Positions 41,001 through 53,374 of a DNA stretch of 64,000 nt are shown here, one piece after another (position 1 is the stretch's first letter; every line of letters starts with the position of its first letter). A program made the position numbers and the translations under genes. Origin of the DNA: Azolla caroliniana (taxonomy: Eukaryota > Plantae > Polypodiophyta); the NCBI GenBank assembly GCA_043228905.1, contig JBHGNT010000015.1, positions 2,728,001 through 2,792,000 of the forward strand, read 5' to 3'. The notes under the pieces are model-generated. The model saw only the letters and a program-made list of their open reading frames with translations, ran no database searches and had not been told where the DNA came from.

Positions 41001-43555
41001 AGTAAGCCGAATTACGACAAGCTGAGGATCTTCGGATGCGAGGCGTACGCCCTTATTCCGAAAGATGATCGCCGAAAACTTGCACCTCGGTCCAGGAAAT
41101 GCATTTTTCTTGGATATGGATCCGACGGCGAAATGGGATACCGACTCTGGGACCCCGAACGCAGACAAATCGTTCGAAGTTCGGACGTTGTGTTCAACGA
41201 GTCGGCTATGAATCCATCAGTCGAAAAACCGATCGAAGTCCGAAGGGTAACATTTTCCGATGTGCCGACCCTTCAAGAAGGCCCCGCTCTTAACACACGG
41301 TCAGCTTCACGGGTAGCTGAACCTTACACTACCGACTCGGACAACCCCGACTCGGCACAGCAGAACAATCCGCTTTCGGACCATCCGACCTTGATACCCG
41401 ATGCGACCAGTCCAATCTTACCTCGACGATCTGAGAGACTGTCGCAACCTCCGGAGAGGTATTCTCCTGGAATTTTCTTCACCGACGCCGGCGAGCCGAC
41501 GTCTTACGAAGAAGCATCGACATCTGTCGATTCAGCCACCTGGCATCTGGCGATGGAGTCGGAAATGCACTCCATTCGGGCAAACAAGACTTGGGATCTG
41601 GTCGAATTACCTAGGAACCGACGTGCTCTTCCTTGCAAGTGGGTCTATCGACTAAAAGAGACGTCTGATTCGACCACCCCAAAGTACAAGGCCAGACTAG
41701 TTGCGAAGGGCTTCCGACAAGAATATGGCGTCGACTTCGACGAGATTTTTTCACCAGTGGTGAAAATGACAACCCTTCGTTTCCTACTCGGCGTAGTGGC
41801 AGCCGACAACTTGGAGCTGATTCAGCTAGATGTCAAAACAACCTTCCTCCATGGTGATCTCGAGGAGGAAATTTATATGGAGCAGCCAAAAGGCTTCGTG
41901 GCAACTGGCCAAGAACATCTAGTCTGCCGCCTCAGGAAGAGTCTATACGGCCTCAAACAGGCACCACGACAATGGTACAAGAAGTTCGACGACTTCATCC
42001 AATCGATCGGCTTCTCCAAAAGCGATGAGGACCATTGTCTCTTCACCAACACAGCTCAAGATGGATCACCCATCTTCCTCATCATTTACGTGGACGACAT
42101 GCTAATTTCTGGACGCCACGCGGGCGAACTTGCCGATCTCATTCGGCAACTGCGGTTGAAGTTTGCCATGAAGGACCTCGGTCCGGCACGACACATACTC
42201 AGCATGAAGATTAGTCGGCATCGCGATAAACGACATCTTTTTCTGTCTCAGACCGACTATATCCGACGTGTCTTAGAACGCTTCAACATGCAATCAGCCA
42301 AATCTGCTTCAACCCCGCTCCCTATGAATCTTCGGCTCTCTCAGCGAGACTGCCCGACATCCGGTCCGGAGGGGGAAGATATGAAGTCGGTACCGTATGC
42401 ACCGGCAGTCGGCTCCCTTATGTACCTGATGGTCGCGACACGGCCTGATATTTCTCACGCCGTAGGAGTCGTTAGCAGATTTATGCACAATCCTGGCCGA
42501 TCGCATTGGAACGCAGTCAAGCATGTGTTCAGATATCTGGCTGGCACAAAAGACCATGGCATTCTTTTCGGTCCGAACCGAACCTCAGGCGTAGTCGGTT
42601 ACACCGACTCGGACTTCGCCGGCTGTATAGACAGTCGGAAATCAACAACCGGATACTGCTTCAAATTCGGCAATGGAGCAATCTCGTGGAAGTCGAAACT
42701 TCAGGAGTGCACAGCGACCTCAACGACCGAAGCAGAATATGTAGCTGCGTCCGACGCAGCAAAAGAAGCTTTGTGGCTCGGTCGGCTGGCACACACGTTT
42801 CGACAAGTCGACCATGACTCGGCTCCAGTTGTCTACAGCGACAGTCAAGGTGCTGTTGCCTTGTCGAAAAATCCGGTTCACCACAACGCCTCCAAACATA
42901 TCGACGTTCGATATCACTTCGTTCGGGACTGCGTCATTTCAGGGAAAATCGGTCTAGAGAAAATATCCACAACCGACAATGTCGCAGATGGAATGACCAA
43001 GTGTCTTTCGGCAGACCGTTTTCGGTCTCTTCGGCATCAGATGGGCGTAACGACAAACCAGTCCGGTTAGAGCCGGACATAGAGCAGGATGGTTCCCGAC
43101 AACCGACATCAGTTCCTTAATGATCGGCTTCAACTGTTCCGACCCGACCAGTTCGGTCTTCTGCCTTCGGACCCTGCCGACTCGAACAAAGCTGATATGT
43201 CCGAGAACCTAAGTCTATACCTGTAATCTTAGATAACCCATGTATACGCCCATTACGGGGGAGTGTCGAATACATGTGTATAATGGACGTATTCACACTA
43301 TCCCGTTTTGGCCATTTATGTAATTAGCATAAAGGGTAGTTGCCCTAAGTCGGTCACTATATATAGTGACCTTGTAACCTTTTTGTAAGGTTGGGTGTTG
43401 TATTATTGCTTTGTGAAATAGAAATTTGTTTTGTGCCTCTCTGTCTCTCTCTGTCTCTCTCTCTCTGTGCAACGACCTACAAACTGTCATACGCAGGTAC
43501 TCAACAGCAATCGAATGCTTCTTGATCTTCCGCACAGACGACTTTGTCTACAACA
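38093..43555 (+). mobile_element. Full-length young Ty1/copia LTR retrotransposon (5463 bp)
   Basis: 292-bp LTRs at 38093-38384 and 43264-43555 differ by 2 substitutions plus one CT-repeat shift. 5-bp TSD GTCCC (38088-92, 43556-60). PBS TGGTATCAGAGC (tRNA-iMet) at 38387-38398. PPT GGGGGAG before the 3' LTR. Confidence 0.98.
39057..43070 (+). pseudogene. Copia gag-pol polyprotein, single frame with one in-frame TAG at 39726-39728
   Basis: KFDGSNFNFWKEQM gag, then TAG, then CNYCKKPGHIKADC knuckle, WLLDSGASFH protease, WHRRLGH/CEHC with DDE integrase, YVDD RT, TDSDFAG RNase H. The two ORF-track entries (39054, 39993) are in the same frame with no other stop between them. Confidence 0.95.
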
Positions 43556-44712
43556 GTCCCCAAACAACCTGAAGGAACACCGATAGATATATGTGAAGCT
43601 CACTTCGAGAGCGACGACACTAGTTTCACTCTCCCCGTCTGCGTCAACGGCACGACGTGTGACGCGATCATTGACACCAGAGCGGGGGTAAGCATAATTA
43701 GCTACGAATGCTGGTGTAAGTGGGGGAGCCTAAAAATGCTTCCTTCGGACGTCAAACTCTGAATGGCAGATGGGTCTATCCAACGGCCAGAAGGCATGAT
43801 TCCTGCACACCACTTCACTATCCACGGGGTCGAGTTCAATCTCACCTTCGTCGTCACAAGATCATCCAATCATGTGGCTTACGAGTGTTTACTAGGGAGG
43901 CCATTCCTATGTGAAAGGTCTATACCCTAAATGTAAATGCTATATAAACCACATGGTGGTGGCTTTGTATCTTCCATTTGTAAAGATCACCCTATTGATT
44001 AAGAGCTAGAGCTTCCTCTCCTCCTTCTTGTAACCTTTAAGCTTAAGAGAGATTAGTGAGGTGTTTAGTTAGAGAACAGTTACCTCTCTTCGTTGTTGGT
44101 GCTAGACCTCTTAGCAAAGAGGGTTAATAAACATATCCATTACTCTTATTGTCTATATTCATTAACCTATTGTCTATGAGAGCGAGCTTGAGAGAGTGAG
44201 AGAGATATCGTGCTTAATCATCTATTAATCGCTAATTGAGTGTGAGGCTCGGAGGTGTCCAACAACCATCTCTGCCCGATTCGCCATCAAAAGGGTATAC
44301 GCTGGTCCGAGCTCCGCAAACGACATCGAGGAGTTAACTCCGTCGATACATAGATCCTACACATCTATTTGCGCCGCTGTTGGGGATACGACTGGCGCTT
44401 GAAGCCGACTTCGAGTGGCCAAACACTCGTAGGCAACCCACTTAATGAGGGAAGAAATCGAAAGGAAACCACCATTTGTGTTAATTAAAATTCTCACTAT
44501 TTCACGTTTTCATTAAGTTAATTTTCTGTTTTTTTTTCCCCCTCAATCGACTGGACATTAGCAAACTATTCGTCCGGTTAATGCTAAGCATGGTTGAGAT
44601 TTAGCCGTTGCAGGGCAAGAATAATCACCGCGATTCTCGTTGATTACGATCATCCTACAGGACACAAAATGACCGTTGGCACCAAAAAATTCAAATTTCC
44701 TACTCAAAGTTC

Positions 44713-45320
44713 GTCGAAAGATCAAGTTTGACAAGAGACCATCTTTCGACGAAAGATCAAAGTTCTCCAAACCCACATCTTTCGACAAACCCGTAAAGCT
44801 TGACAAGAGGATATCTTTTGACGGAAGATTATCCTTCATCAAAAGATCAGAGTTCGATAAGGGGAACATCTTTTGACGAAAGATCAAAGTTTGCCAAACC
44901 CACATCCTTCGACAAAAGATCAAAGTTTGCCAAACCCTCATCCTTCGACAAAAGATCAAAGTTTGCCAAACCCACATATTTCGACGAAAGATCAAAGTTT
45001 GCCAAACCCACATATTTCAACAAAAGATCAAAGTCTGCTAAACCCACAAAGTTCGACGAAAGATCATCTTTCGACAAACCCGTAAAGCTTGACAAGAGGA
45101 TATCTTTCGACGGAAGATCATCCTTTGTTGAAAGATCAGAGTTCGATAAGGGGAACATCTTTTGACGAAAGATCAAAGTTTGCCAAACCCACATCCTTCG
45201 ACGGAAGATCAAAGTTTGCCAAACCCACATCTTTCGATGAAAGATCAAAGTCGGCCAAACCCACAAAGTTTGATAAAAGATCATCTTTCGAAGAACCCGC
45301 AAAGCTTGACAAGAGAACAT
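44713..45320 (+). repeat. Hierarchical tandem repeat in the gypsy 5' leader (18-bp subunits, 36-bp units, 289-bp block duplication)
   Basis: 36-mer ttcgac(g/a)aaagatcaaagtttgccaaacccacat(c/a)(c/t) repeated; the block containing gataaggggaacatc recurs at 44856 and 45145. Confidence 0.92.
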
Positions 45321-48300
45321 GATCGGATCCTCATGGACATGGATGTTCAAAACCTGACCCACATGCCAGGAGGAGTTCACACAAACCAACCAAACACACA
45401 GTGCTGACCCATCTAACCCGACTCGATACCACGGAGGGTGGTTAACCCTAGGGACGCTACCAAACATGAACCTCCCATCGAACCTAGCAATCAAAGCACC
45501 TCTCAACACACCCCCACTATAGGAGAGCCCAATGGCAGACCCGCTCAGTGTAGAGCGACACATACAGGATGCCGCACAAGAGTTACGTGTGATAGAACAA
45601 GAAATCAATATATGGACGATGCAACTCTCAAAAGGGGGACAATAGGAAATCATCACCTGAGATATTGAAGCCACTTTGGCAGAAAGGAAAGACATGTTCA
45701 CATGAGTGCAACAAAAACTTAACCTCCTAGAAGCATCGTCACATACGCATTGTCAAGACTGCGAGCCTAGCCTTGCACCGCATTCGAGCACAGCGGGCAA
45801 CAGCCCAAACGAAGCACACAGGCGACGACACCCGACATCGCCACCTATGGACACAACCCCTACACCCGACAAAACTACCCCAACACCCCCGAATGCCGAA
45901 CTCGCACTAGCATTACAATCCATCCAAACCCTCGTGGCATTGATGGAAAAAGAACAAGCACCCACGGACAATTCGAGAAACCCCACAAACGACAACGGGA
46001 AGAGCACTTCCATTTCTAAACTAGTACCTCGTTTTATTGGTTTCGGTGACGCATATGACCATGTAGAGAGGTTCAAGTAGATATGTCGAGCTTATGAATC
46101 CCTCATAGAGACTACCAAAGTAGCTGCATTCGGACTTACACTCGACGACCAAGCCGGAATTTGGTTTAAGACCCTGAATGAGGACATCGTCGCGGACTTC
46201 GAAAATGTCATTGAAGATTTCTTGATAAACTTCGCTTGTCGAGGGAATAAATGGAACCCGATCGACCAACTTTTCACCCTCAAGCAAGAAGCGAACGAGA
46301 TTGTCAGGGACTACATACGCAGCATGAAAAGCCTTCACCATCATTGTAGCCCGGGGGACAAGATGTCAGACGACAAATTGATGAGCCACTTCATCAATGG
46401 GTTGTTTGACCTGACACTCCAAAATTTCCTGATTGCCAAGATGTGTCGGTCATTCGCTGAAGCTTCCACGGTAGTGATGACTTTCGAAGATTCAATGAGC
46501 GGGTTACGGATACCCACCCAAGCGCCTACGAAAAATCATGAGAAGCCCTCGGATCCCACTCCACCCACACCGCCAAGACCACCCCGTATAGAAAGACCCC
46601 AAGTGAAAATGTAAGGTGTATGGTGTGCCACGACCATCACACGGGGCATGAGTGTCCCCTCCTCCACCAAGGACGGCCTCAATACTATAAGTGGTGCAAA
46701 GCCTTCGTGATGCATTCTCAAGAGAACTGCTGGCAAGCCCCAAACGGAAGGTATAGCCAAACACCAATGGTCAAGTTCCCACAATCACCTGCACCGCTTA
46801 GCTGCCCACAACTACCGGCAATACTTCCCCAACAACCCCCACTACCGCGCATTGGAGCCTGCCTCGCCGAACTAGAATACACCACCGATAACCCAACCCA
46901 AGTTGGGAGGGCGCCCCCGAATATGAAGATTCATATCGGGAGTATGGTGTTGAAGAAGAGGAGCTTTCCCACTTTGTGGACTTCGAAGGCGACCAAATAC
47001 CAATGTACGTCCTAAGAGGAGAACAAAGGGGCCTGTCGATGGGATATCGCAACAATAATGGTCTAAGAAGGTCAGAATTGAAATGCTTCAATTGCCAAGG
47101 CCCACACATGGTTAGCGAGTGCCCAACCAAACATGAGTACTACAACAGGATGGCACAACGACCACGACACCCCCCACTCGAAACACCCCGACAACCACTG
47201 GTACAAAGTCTCACCCAACAGTCACATGACCTTATCGAGTGGTTCCAAAGAGAAGAATCATGCCCAGGGTGTGGTAAAGAGCACTTAATACCATTTGTTA
47301 TCTATCGTGCCATCAACGGTGGGCGCCAACGTCATTACACGAACTCAAAGAATAGCTCATAACTTAAAGTATCACGACCAAGACCTCCCCATGACTACGT
47401 GTAAGAGACGAAAATCCAAAAAAAAATGCATCCACACGGACCTCAAAGCAAGATCAAGAACCGGAGGGAGACGTAGAAACGATACCTATCAACCCTAACC
47501 AAGAGCTGCCAGCACACCTAGCATCATACCCAAACCCAGTGGCTGAAAAACAAAAGGTCAAAGCTGCCTTGTGATGGACTTTGGGAAGGATACAATCTAT
47601 ATGCGTAAAAACAACAAAACCTTCCGCATCAAAGCATACACACAAAAAGTTCATGAACAAGAAGGTAGTCCTCTCGTGGACGACTGGTCAGAAACCACCG
47701 AGTTCGAGAACAACCTCCTAGCATGCAATCCCACAAAGACAATTCAAATCTTGGCTAGGGGTCAACCCCTTCCCCAAAATCCACTACCCCAAGGACAGAG
47801 AATGCGAGGGAAGACCAATCCGTGGCCTCTGATGCGTCCGAGATGAATTGGGTGCACACTCTTGCCATGACCGATGCAATGTACCCCATTGGTACAAAGT
47901 GTTGCGATGAGGATGGAGACATGATTTCGTGTTTTAATGTCACTACTCTCGTACCCCAACGAAAATAGGTGGACGTAAAAGACGAAGACCTAGCGCAACG
48001 AATCACGTGCAAGGAAGAGAATGCGACCACTCGGAAGACCTCGACAAAAGTGGACTTCCCGGAGCAATTCAAACCTATGAACAAGGAAGTAGGGCAGTGG
48101 CTTGTAAGAGACCACAACACACCCCTAACATCCTAGGCGAGGCATGCGACGGACCGACGAGAGATAAAGAAATCAATCTCGGAAATGGGGTGGACCCCAA
48201 ACAAGTGTTCATTGCCATGAATCTCCAGTCGGACGAGGAGATGTCCTTGATCACCCTTCTCATAGAATTTAGAGACGTGTTCGCATGGTCGTATGTAGAT

Positions 48301-50991
48301 ATGAAAGGTGTACCGGCCGAAGTCGTCACCCATAGCATCCCCATGCGAGCCGACGGCCGCCCAATTCGACAAAGACCGCGCCCAATGAACCCTAACTATG
48401 CTCAACAAGTAAAAGCCGAAATCAATAAAATGTTAGACGTTGACATCATCTACCCGATTGAGCAAACAACTTGGGTCTCCCCGATCGTAGTCATCTCGAA
48501 GAAGAATGGCCAAATCCGCATATGTGTTGACTATTGACAAGTCAACGACGCCACCATCAAAGACAACTACCCGATACCTTACATCGAGCACTTACTCGAA
48601 AGAGTTGCAGGAGCAAAAGCCTATAGCTTCATCAATGGGTTCTCTGGGTACAACCAAATCTCGGTGGTGCCCGAAGATCAACACAAGATGGCCTTTGCAA
48701 CCGAATTTGGTACGTTCGCGTGCAAACAGATGCCTTTCAGGCTCACAAGTGCCCTAAGCACCTATCAAAGGGTAGCATACCACATCTTCACATCAAGGTT
48801 ACGACAAGGAGTGGAGTCCTACGTTGATGATTTATGTTGCCATTCGAAATGGCATGCCCACCTGGCACTACTCCGCTTGACGTTTGAAAAGTGCAGGGAA
48901 TATCAACTCTCCCTCAACTCTCTCAAGTGTCAATTCTTGGTCAAACATGGAATCATATTAGGTCATGTTGTGTCCCGACATGGGATCTCGACTTATGAGG
49001 TAAAAGCAAAGCTCATCCTTGACATGCCACCTCCCGCGAACGAGAAACAACTACAAGGATTCATGGGGTACGTAGGTTACTATACACGCTTCATTAAGAT
49101 GTTCGTAGACAAAGCAAGACCACTCTACGCATTACTAAAGCAGTACACCTGGACGGAAGAGTGCGCCCGTTCGTTCGAACTCTTGAGTGAGTGCATAACT
49201 AAAGCCCCCATCCACCGATCCCCAGACTAGAACAAAGAGTTCCATGTTCACAGTGATGCTTCCACCTTTGCGATTGGCGCAATACTCGCTCAACCTGGCG
49301 AAGGTGCACTTGATCTACCAATCACCTTTTCTAGCCGCCAATTGAACTCTACGGAACGAAATTACTCCACAACGGAACGAGAAGCTTTAGGAATGGTTTA
49401 CAACGTGAAGAAGTTCCGACATTACCTCTTGGCGTCATGTTTCTCATTTTTTGTAGATCATCAAGCCCTCCTCTACTTGGTAAACAAGACTCACGCCACA
49501 AGACACATATCACGATGGATCGTAACTCTACTCGAGTTCGATTTCAAGGTGGTGGTGAGAAAAGGAAAAGACCATGTACTCGCCGATCATTTCTCACGAA
49601 TACCAAATGGGGAAGAAGCCACTGGCATTGATGATGAAATGCCAGATGCTGCATTATTCACGATTGACATTGTACCATCATGGGCATCCGACATTGTTCA
49701 TGTCTTAACCAAAGGAGCATCCTTCCTAAAACAACTAAGTCGGGCACAAACACATGTCTTGTTAAGAAAATGTGGCCCCTTCACGATGCTCAGAGGCAGC
49801 TTGTATCGAAGAGGCAACGATTATGTACTTCAAAGGTGTGTAGCCGACCATGATGCCATCACTATCCTCGAACAAGCTCATTATGGAAGCGGAAGCGGTC
49901 ATTTCAATAATGAGTCCACCGCACGCAAGATCCTCCAGTCTGACCTATGGTGGCCAACACTATTCAAAGACACATACGAGTATGTACGCCGGTGTGATGA
50001 GTGTCAACGTTTCAAGCACCCGTTTAAAGCGGGTTTCAACACACTAAACCCGGTAGTGGCTTGGCAACCATTCGAGAAATGGGGTATCGACTTTATCAGC
50101 CCAATTAGTCCAGCTTCCAACCTCAATAGATACATAATCACCACCACTGATTATGCTACCAAGTGGGCTGAAGCCAAATATTGTGTTAATGCTGATGCAC
50201 GTCGCACCGCCAAATTCCTATTCGAAAATGTCATCACACGGTTTGGATGTCCGCTTGAGATCATTAGCAACCAAGGCTCCCATTTCCTCAATGAGGTGAT
50301 AACACACCTACTAGGCGAGTTTATGGTGATGAACCGCAAGAGCTCCCCTTATTACCCCCGGTGCAACAGACAAGCGAAAAGCACTAATAAGGTGTTGTGC
50401 GCAGTACTCACGAAGATAATTGCAGCTTCGCGGTCCGATTGGAGCACCAAACTTCAAGCCGCATTGTGGGCCTTCCGCACCGCCTACAAAGTAGCAACGC
50501 GCAACATACCATTCAAACTGGTATATGGACAAGAGGAGGTACATCCCATCGAGTTCCTCGTCCCTAGCCTTAGGATAGCTATTCAAGAACGATGGGATGG
50601 GAACCTCCTCCCGTCATGCCTAGAGAACCTAGAACGGTTGACCGAAACTCGCCTTCTCGCATTCCAAGCACTCTTGACAGAGAAAGCCAATAGAAAGGCG
50701 TAGCACGACAACAAAGTAAGGGATAAAGATCTAGTTGAAGGGGACATGGCTCTCAAATTCGCCTCTCAACGACACAAGAAGAAGCTCATATTACGAGGTG
50801 AAGGCCCCTACGTAGTCTCAGAGATTACCAAGACAAGAGCATGTCGAATACGCACACTCGAAGGAATCGACATCCCATGATTCATCAATGGGAGCAAGCT
50901 CAAACGTTACTACGGACCCTTCACCCTGGAAGCCCTGCTCACGGCTCGAAAACAAGAAGTGGAAGCCAAACTTAAAGCATTCGAAGGCTAA

Positions 50992-51403
50992 ATGGCCCGA
51001 CTAGAAACCAACCTTCCCAATGCGCAAGCGAAACTGAAAAGACAAGGTGAAGCCCACTCTACGGCTATTGCTAGGTCGACATACCCTAATGACGTGACAA
51101 CACACCTACCATGCTTCGCCGAAGGCGTATCCCTAACAACAATAATCGATACCGGAGCATCACTAACCCTTTTCTCTTTCGAAACGTGGGAGCATCTAGG
51201 TTTCCCGGACCTCGAAGCGTGCAACGACAACTTCCTTGGCTTCAATGGTTTGACATCACGCTGCCTCGGAGCCTTTGTGTATAACATCAAGACACAATAT
51301 AGTGACCACTCAATCTGAGTTCGGATCCTCCCACCGAAAGTGTTGTACACCCTGTGCCTCCTCGGTTTGGATTGGTGTCACATAAGTGAATCTCTCTTGT
51401 TAC
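50992..51403 (+). pseudogene. Second retropepsin-type aspartic protease domain downstream of integrase in the pol frame
   Basis: TTIIDTGASLTLFS (DTG at 51148-51156)...FLGFNG...RCLG...CLLGLDW, in the same frame as the integrase ORF 49342-50703. Confidence 0.85.
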
Positions 51404-51972
51404 CATAGATTAACACATGTGTGATATTCGTAATATTCAAGAATACGAAATCGCCCCAAGAATATTATAAATCCATTCGTTTTATTTAAATAAATTTATT
51501 TCACCAAAAAATGAACAATTATTCATTAGTTTATGAAACTTATTTTAATTAGCTAATTAATTAATTAATTTTTAAAAATAAATATATTTATATTTATTAT
51601 AAAAATATGATTAGTGTGAACTTTCAAGTCCTATTTTTAATGTCAAGATAAAAATATCCATAAATTTTGAGGAAATAAAAAGTGAAAAATTAATGAACTT
51701 TTATTTTATTTTATTTATTTATTAAAAATAAAATGAATACTTATAGTTATAAGTTACACATTTATTATAAAAATTGAGTACTCTCAAGTCCCTCTTTTAT
51801 TATCCCTATTTATTGTCAAGTTCCTTTTTTTTATCCCAAGAAATTTAAAAAGATAAATTTATGTACTCTTTTTTGTTTTTTTTTGTCAAACGAATACTTG
51901 ACCACCCATTCATATTCGTATTCATTTGCATTCGAATGGGAAACCCCATGAATGCGAATATGTCAATCTATG
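51404..51972. mobile_element. hAT-type MITE, 569 bp, 8-bp TSD
   Basis: TIRs CATAGATTAACACAT / ATATGTCAATCTATG (13/15). TSD CTTGTTAC at 51396-51403 and 51973-51980. AT-rich body. Removing it restores the host frame (SESLLL|PSKNIV). Confidence 0.93.
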
Positions 51973-53374
51973 CTTGTTACCAAGCAAGAACATTGTTTCC
52001 TTCCAAACTGCAAATGGTGTGAAGTTCGAGAAACTCGTTACAACAACACTCGAACCACGTCCCACCAATCTCGATGAACCCCAGAATGTGAAAACACCCA
52101 ACCAAAAAGCACTCGCGCCACCACCGGCCACCCAAGGTCAGAGTAATGCTAACATTGGAACAAGGACATCCACGCCATGCAAGTGGGTGAATGTCCACGC
52201 GACTTTCACCGAAGGACCCCGCCGCGGAGAACATGCTGTTTGGTGACTCAGAAAACAACTCACAAACGCCCAAGGTTGGCACAAAGGTGCCACTCGCTTC
52301 TAGGTCCTGAAACGAAGCCGACGCCCCACCCACGTCCATACCACGACTGCACGGGACACCCGACAACTGTGCACATTGACCAAATACCCCGCCTAGGTTA
52401 AGGCCATAGACCTCGACCGAACTCAGCAACTAGGAGGCCGAATTCCCCATAGAACTGCCTTATATGCCCCCCCTTTCTCCCCTAAAAAGACGTCACGGGT
52501 CTGGGTCCTTAAAGGCATACAAAGGCCCTCTGACAACACTCAAACAACACACCCCCAGCCCCAACCCCACCGCTCCAACCCGACCCAAAAGCCCCTAACG
52601 TTCCTAAACTCTCACAAAACCCTCGGTGGATCCCCGTCAACTCTACCGTCCGCACATAAATCTTAGCCCACCCCACACCCCTTTACCCCCTCACCATGCC
52701 TTATGTCACTTTGTTCATCAACTACTCGACCTGTCTTCTCCCTCGACCTTTGTTACCGTCCCCATTAGACAATAATTTATTTATTCATTACTCTTAATGT
52801 CCCCATCCACAAATTTTCGTTTTTTTGTCCATTTATTCATATTTACCATCTATTTTCTTTCTAATGGTTACCGTTTATTTTTAGTGGCCCCTCGACCGGT
52901 TATTTATACTCGTTTTCTATCTAATTTCTATTTCTTATGTTTCGTTCTTTTAAATATTATTTTTCATACTTAATTTTAGGTTCTTGTTAATTCTTTCCCT
53001 CTCTTTTGCCCTCCTCCCTCCACTCCTCTTTCCCCCTCACCACTCTCTCTTCTCCCTCCCTACTCTTCCACCTCCCTCTGTGTTGCGCCCCAACCCCTCT
53101 CGTTCTGCACTCTACCCTTGTTTTCTCTCCCCCCTTTTGATTACCGCTCTCCTCCACGCACTGCTTCTCGCCACCACCTCCTCCTCGGTCTGTTGCAAAC
53201 TCCCTCGGGTAGGTCTCAAATCTGTTTTTTTTGTGCTCTCTCACTCGGCCCCCGCCAACGCCACATGTTGTCCACAACCCACCCCCTGTGACAACCACGA
53301 CGACTACCATGTCGTTTCTGCCAATCCTCTCTTTGAATCACCCCCCGTTCGACGAGTGAATCGTTTCTCGTCCT

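Larger units (their letters stand above)
37686..43917 (+). mobile_element. Ty3/gypsy gag-end plus aspartic protease block (37686-38092 and 43561-43917), split by the Copia insertion
   Basis: Removing the Copia and one GTCCC copy gives one frame: LLQQILNLKL...IPLTTTVP|KQPEGTPID...VCVNGTTCDAIIDTRAGVSII...L*MADGS...YECLLGRPFLCE (retropepsin, DTG mutated to DTR). Confidence 0.88.

Noticed and set aside
44558-45701. Repetitive ORFs (SFDKRSKFAKPT and similar) on both strands
   Set aside because: They are open only because the 36-bp repeat lacks stops, and they lie in the leader upstream of gag.
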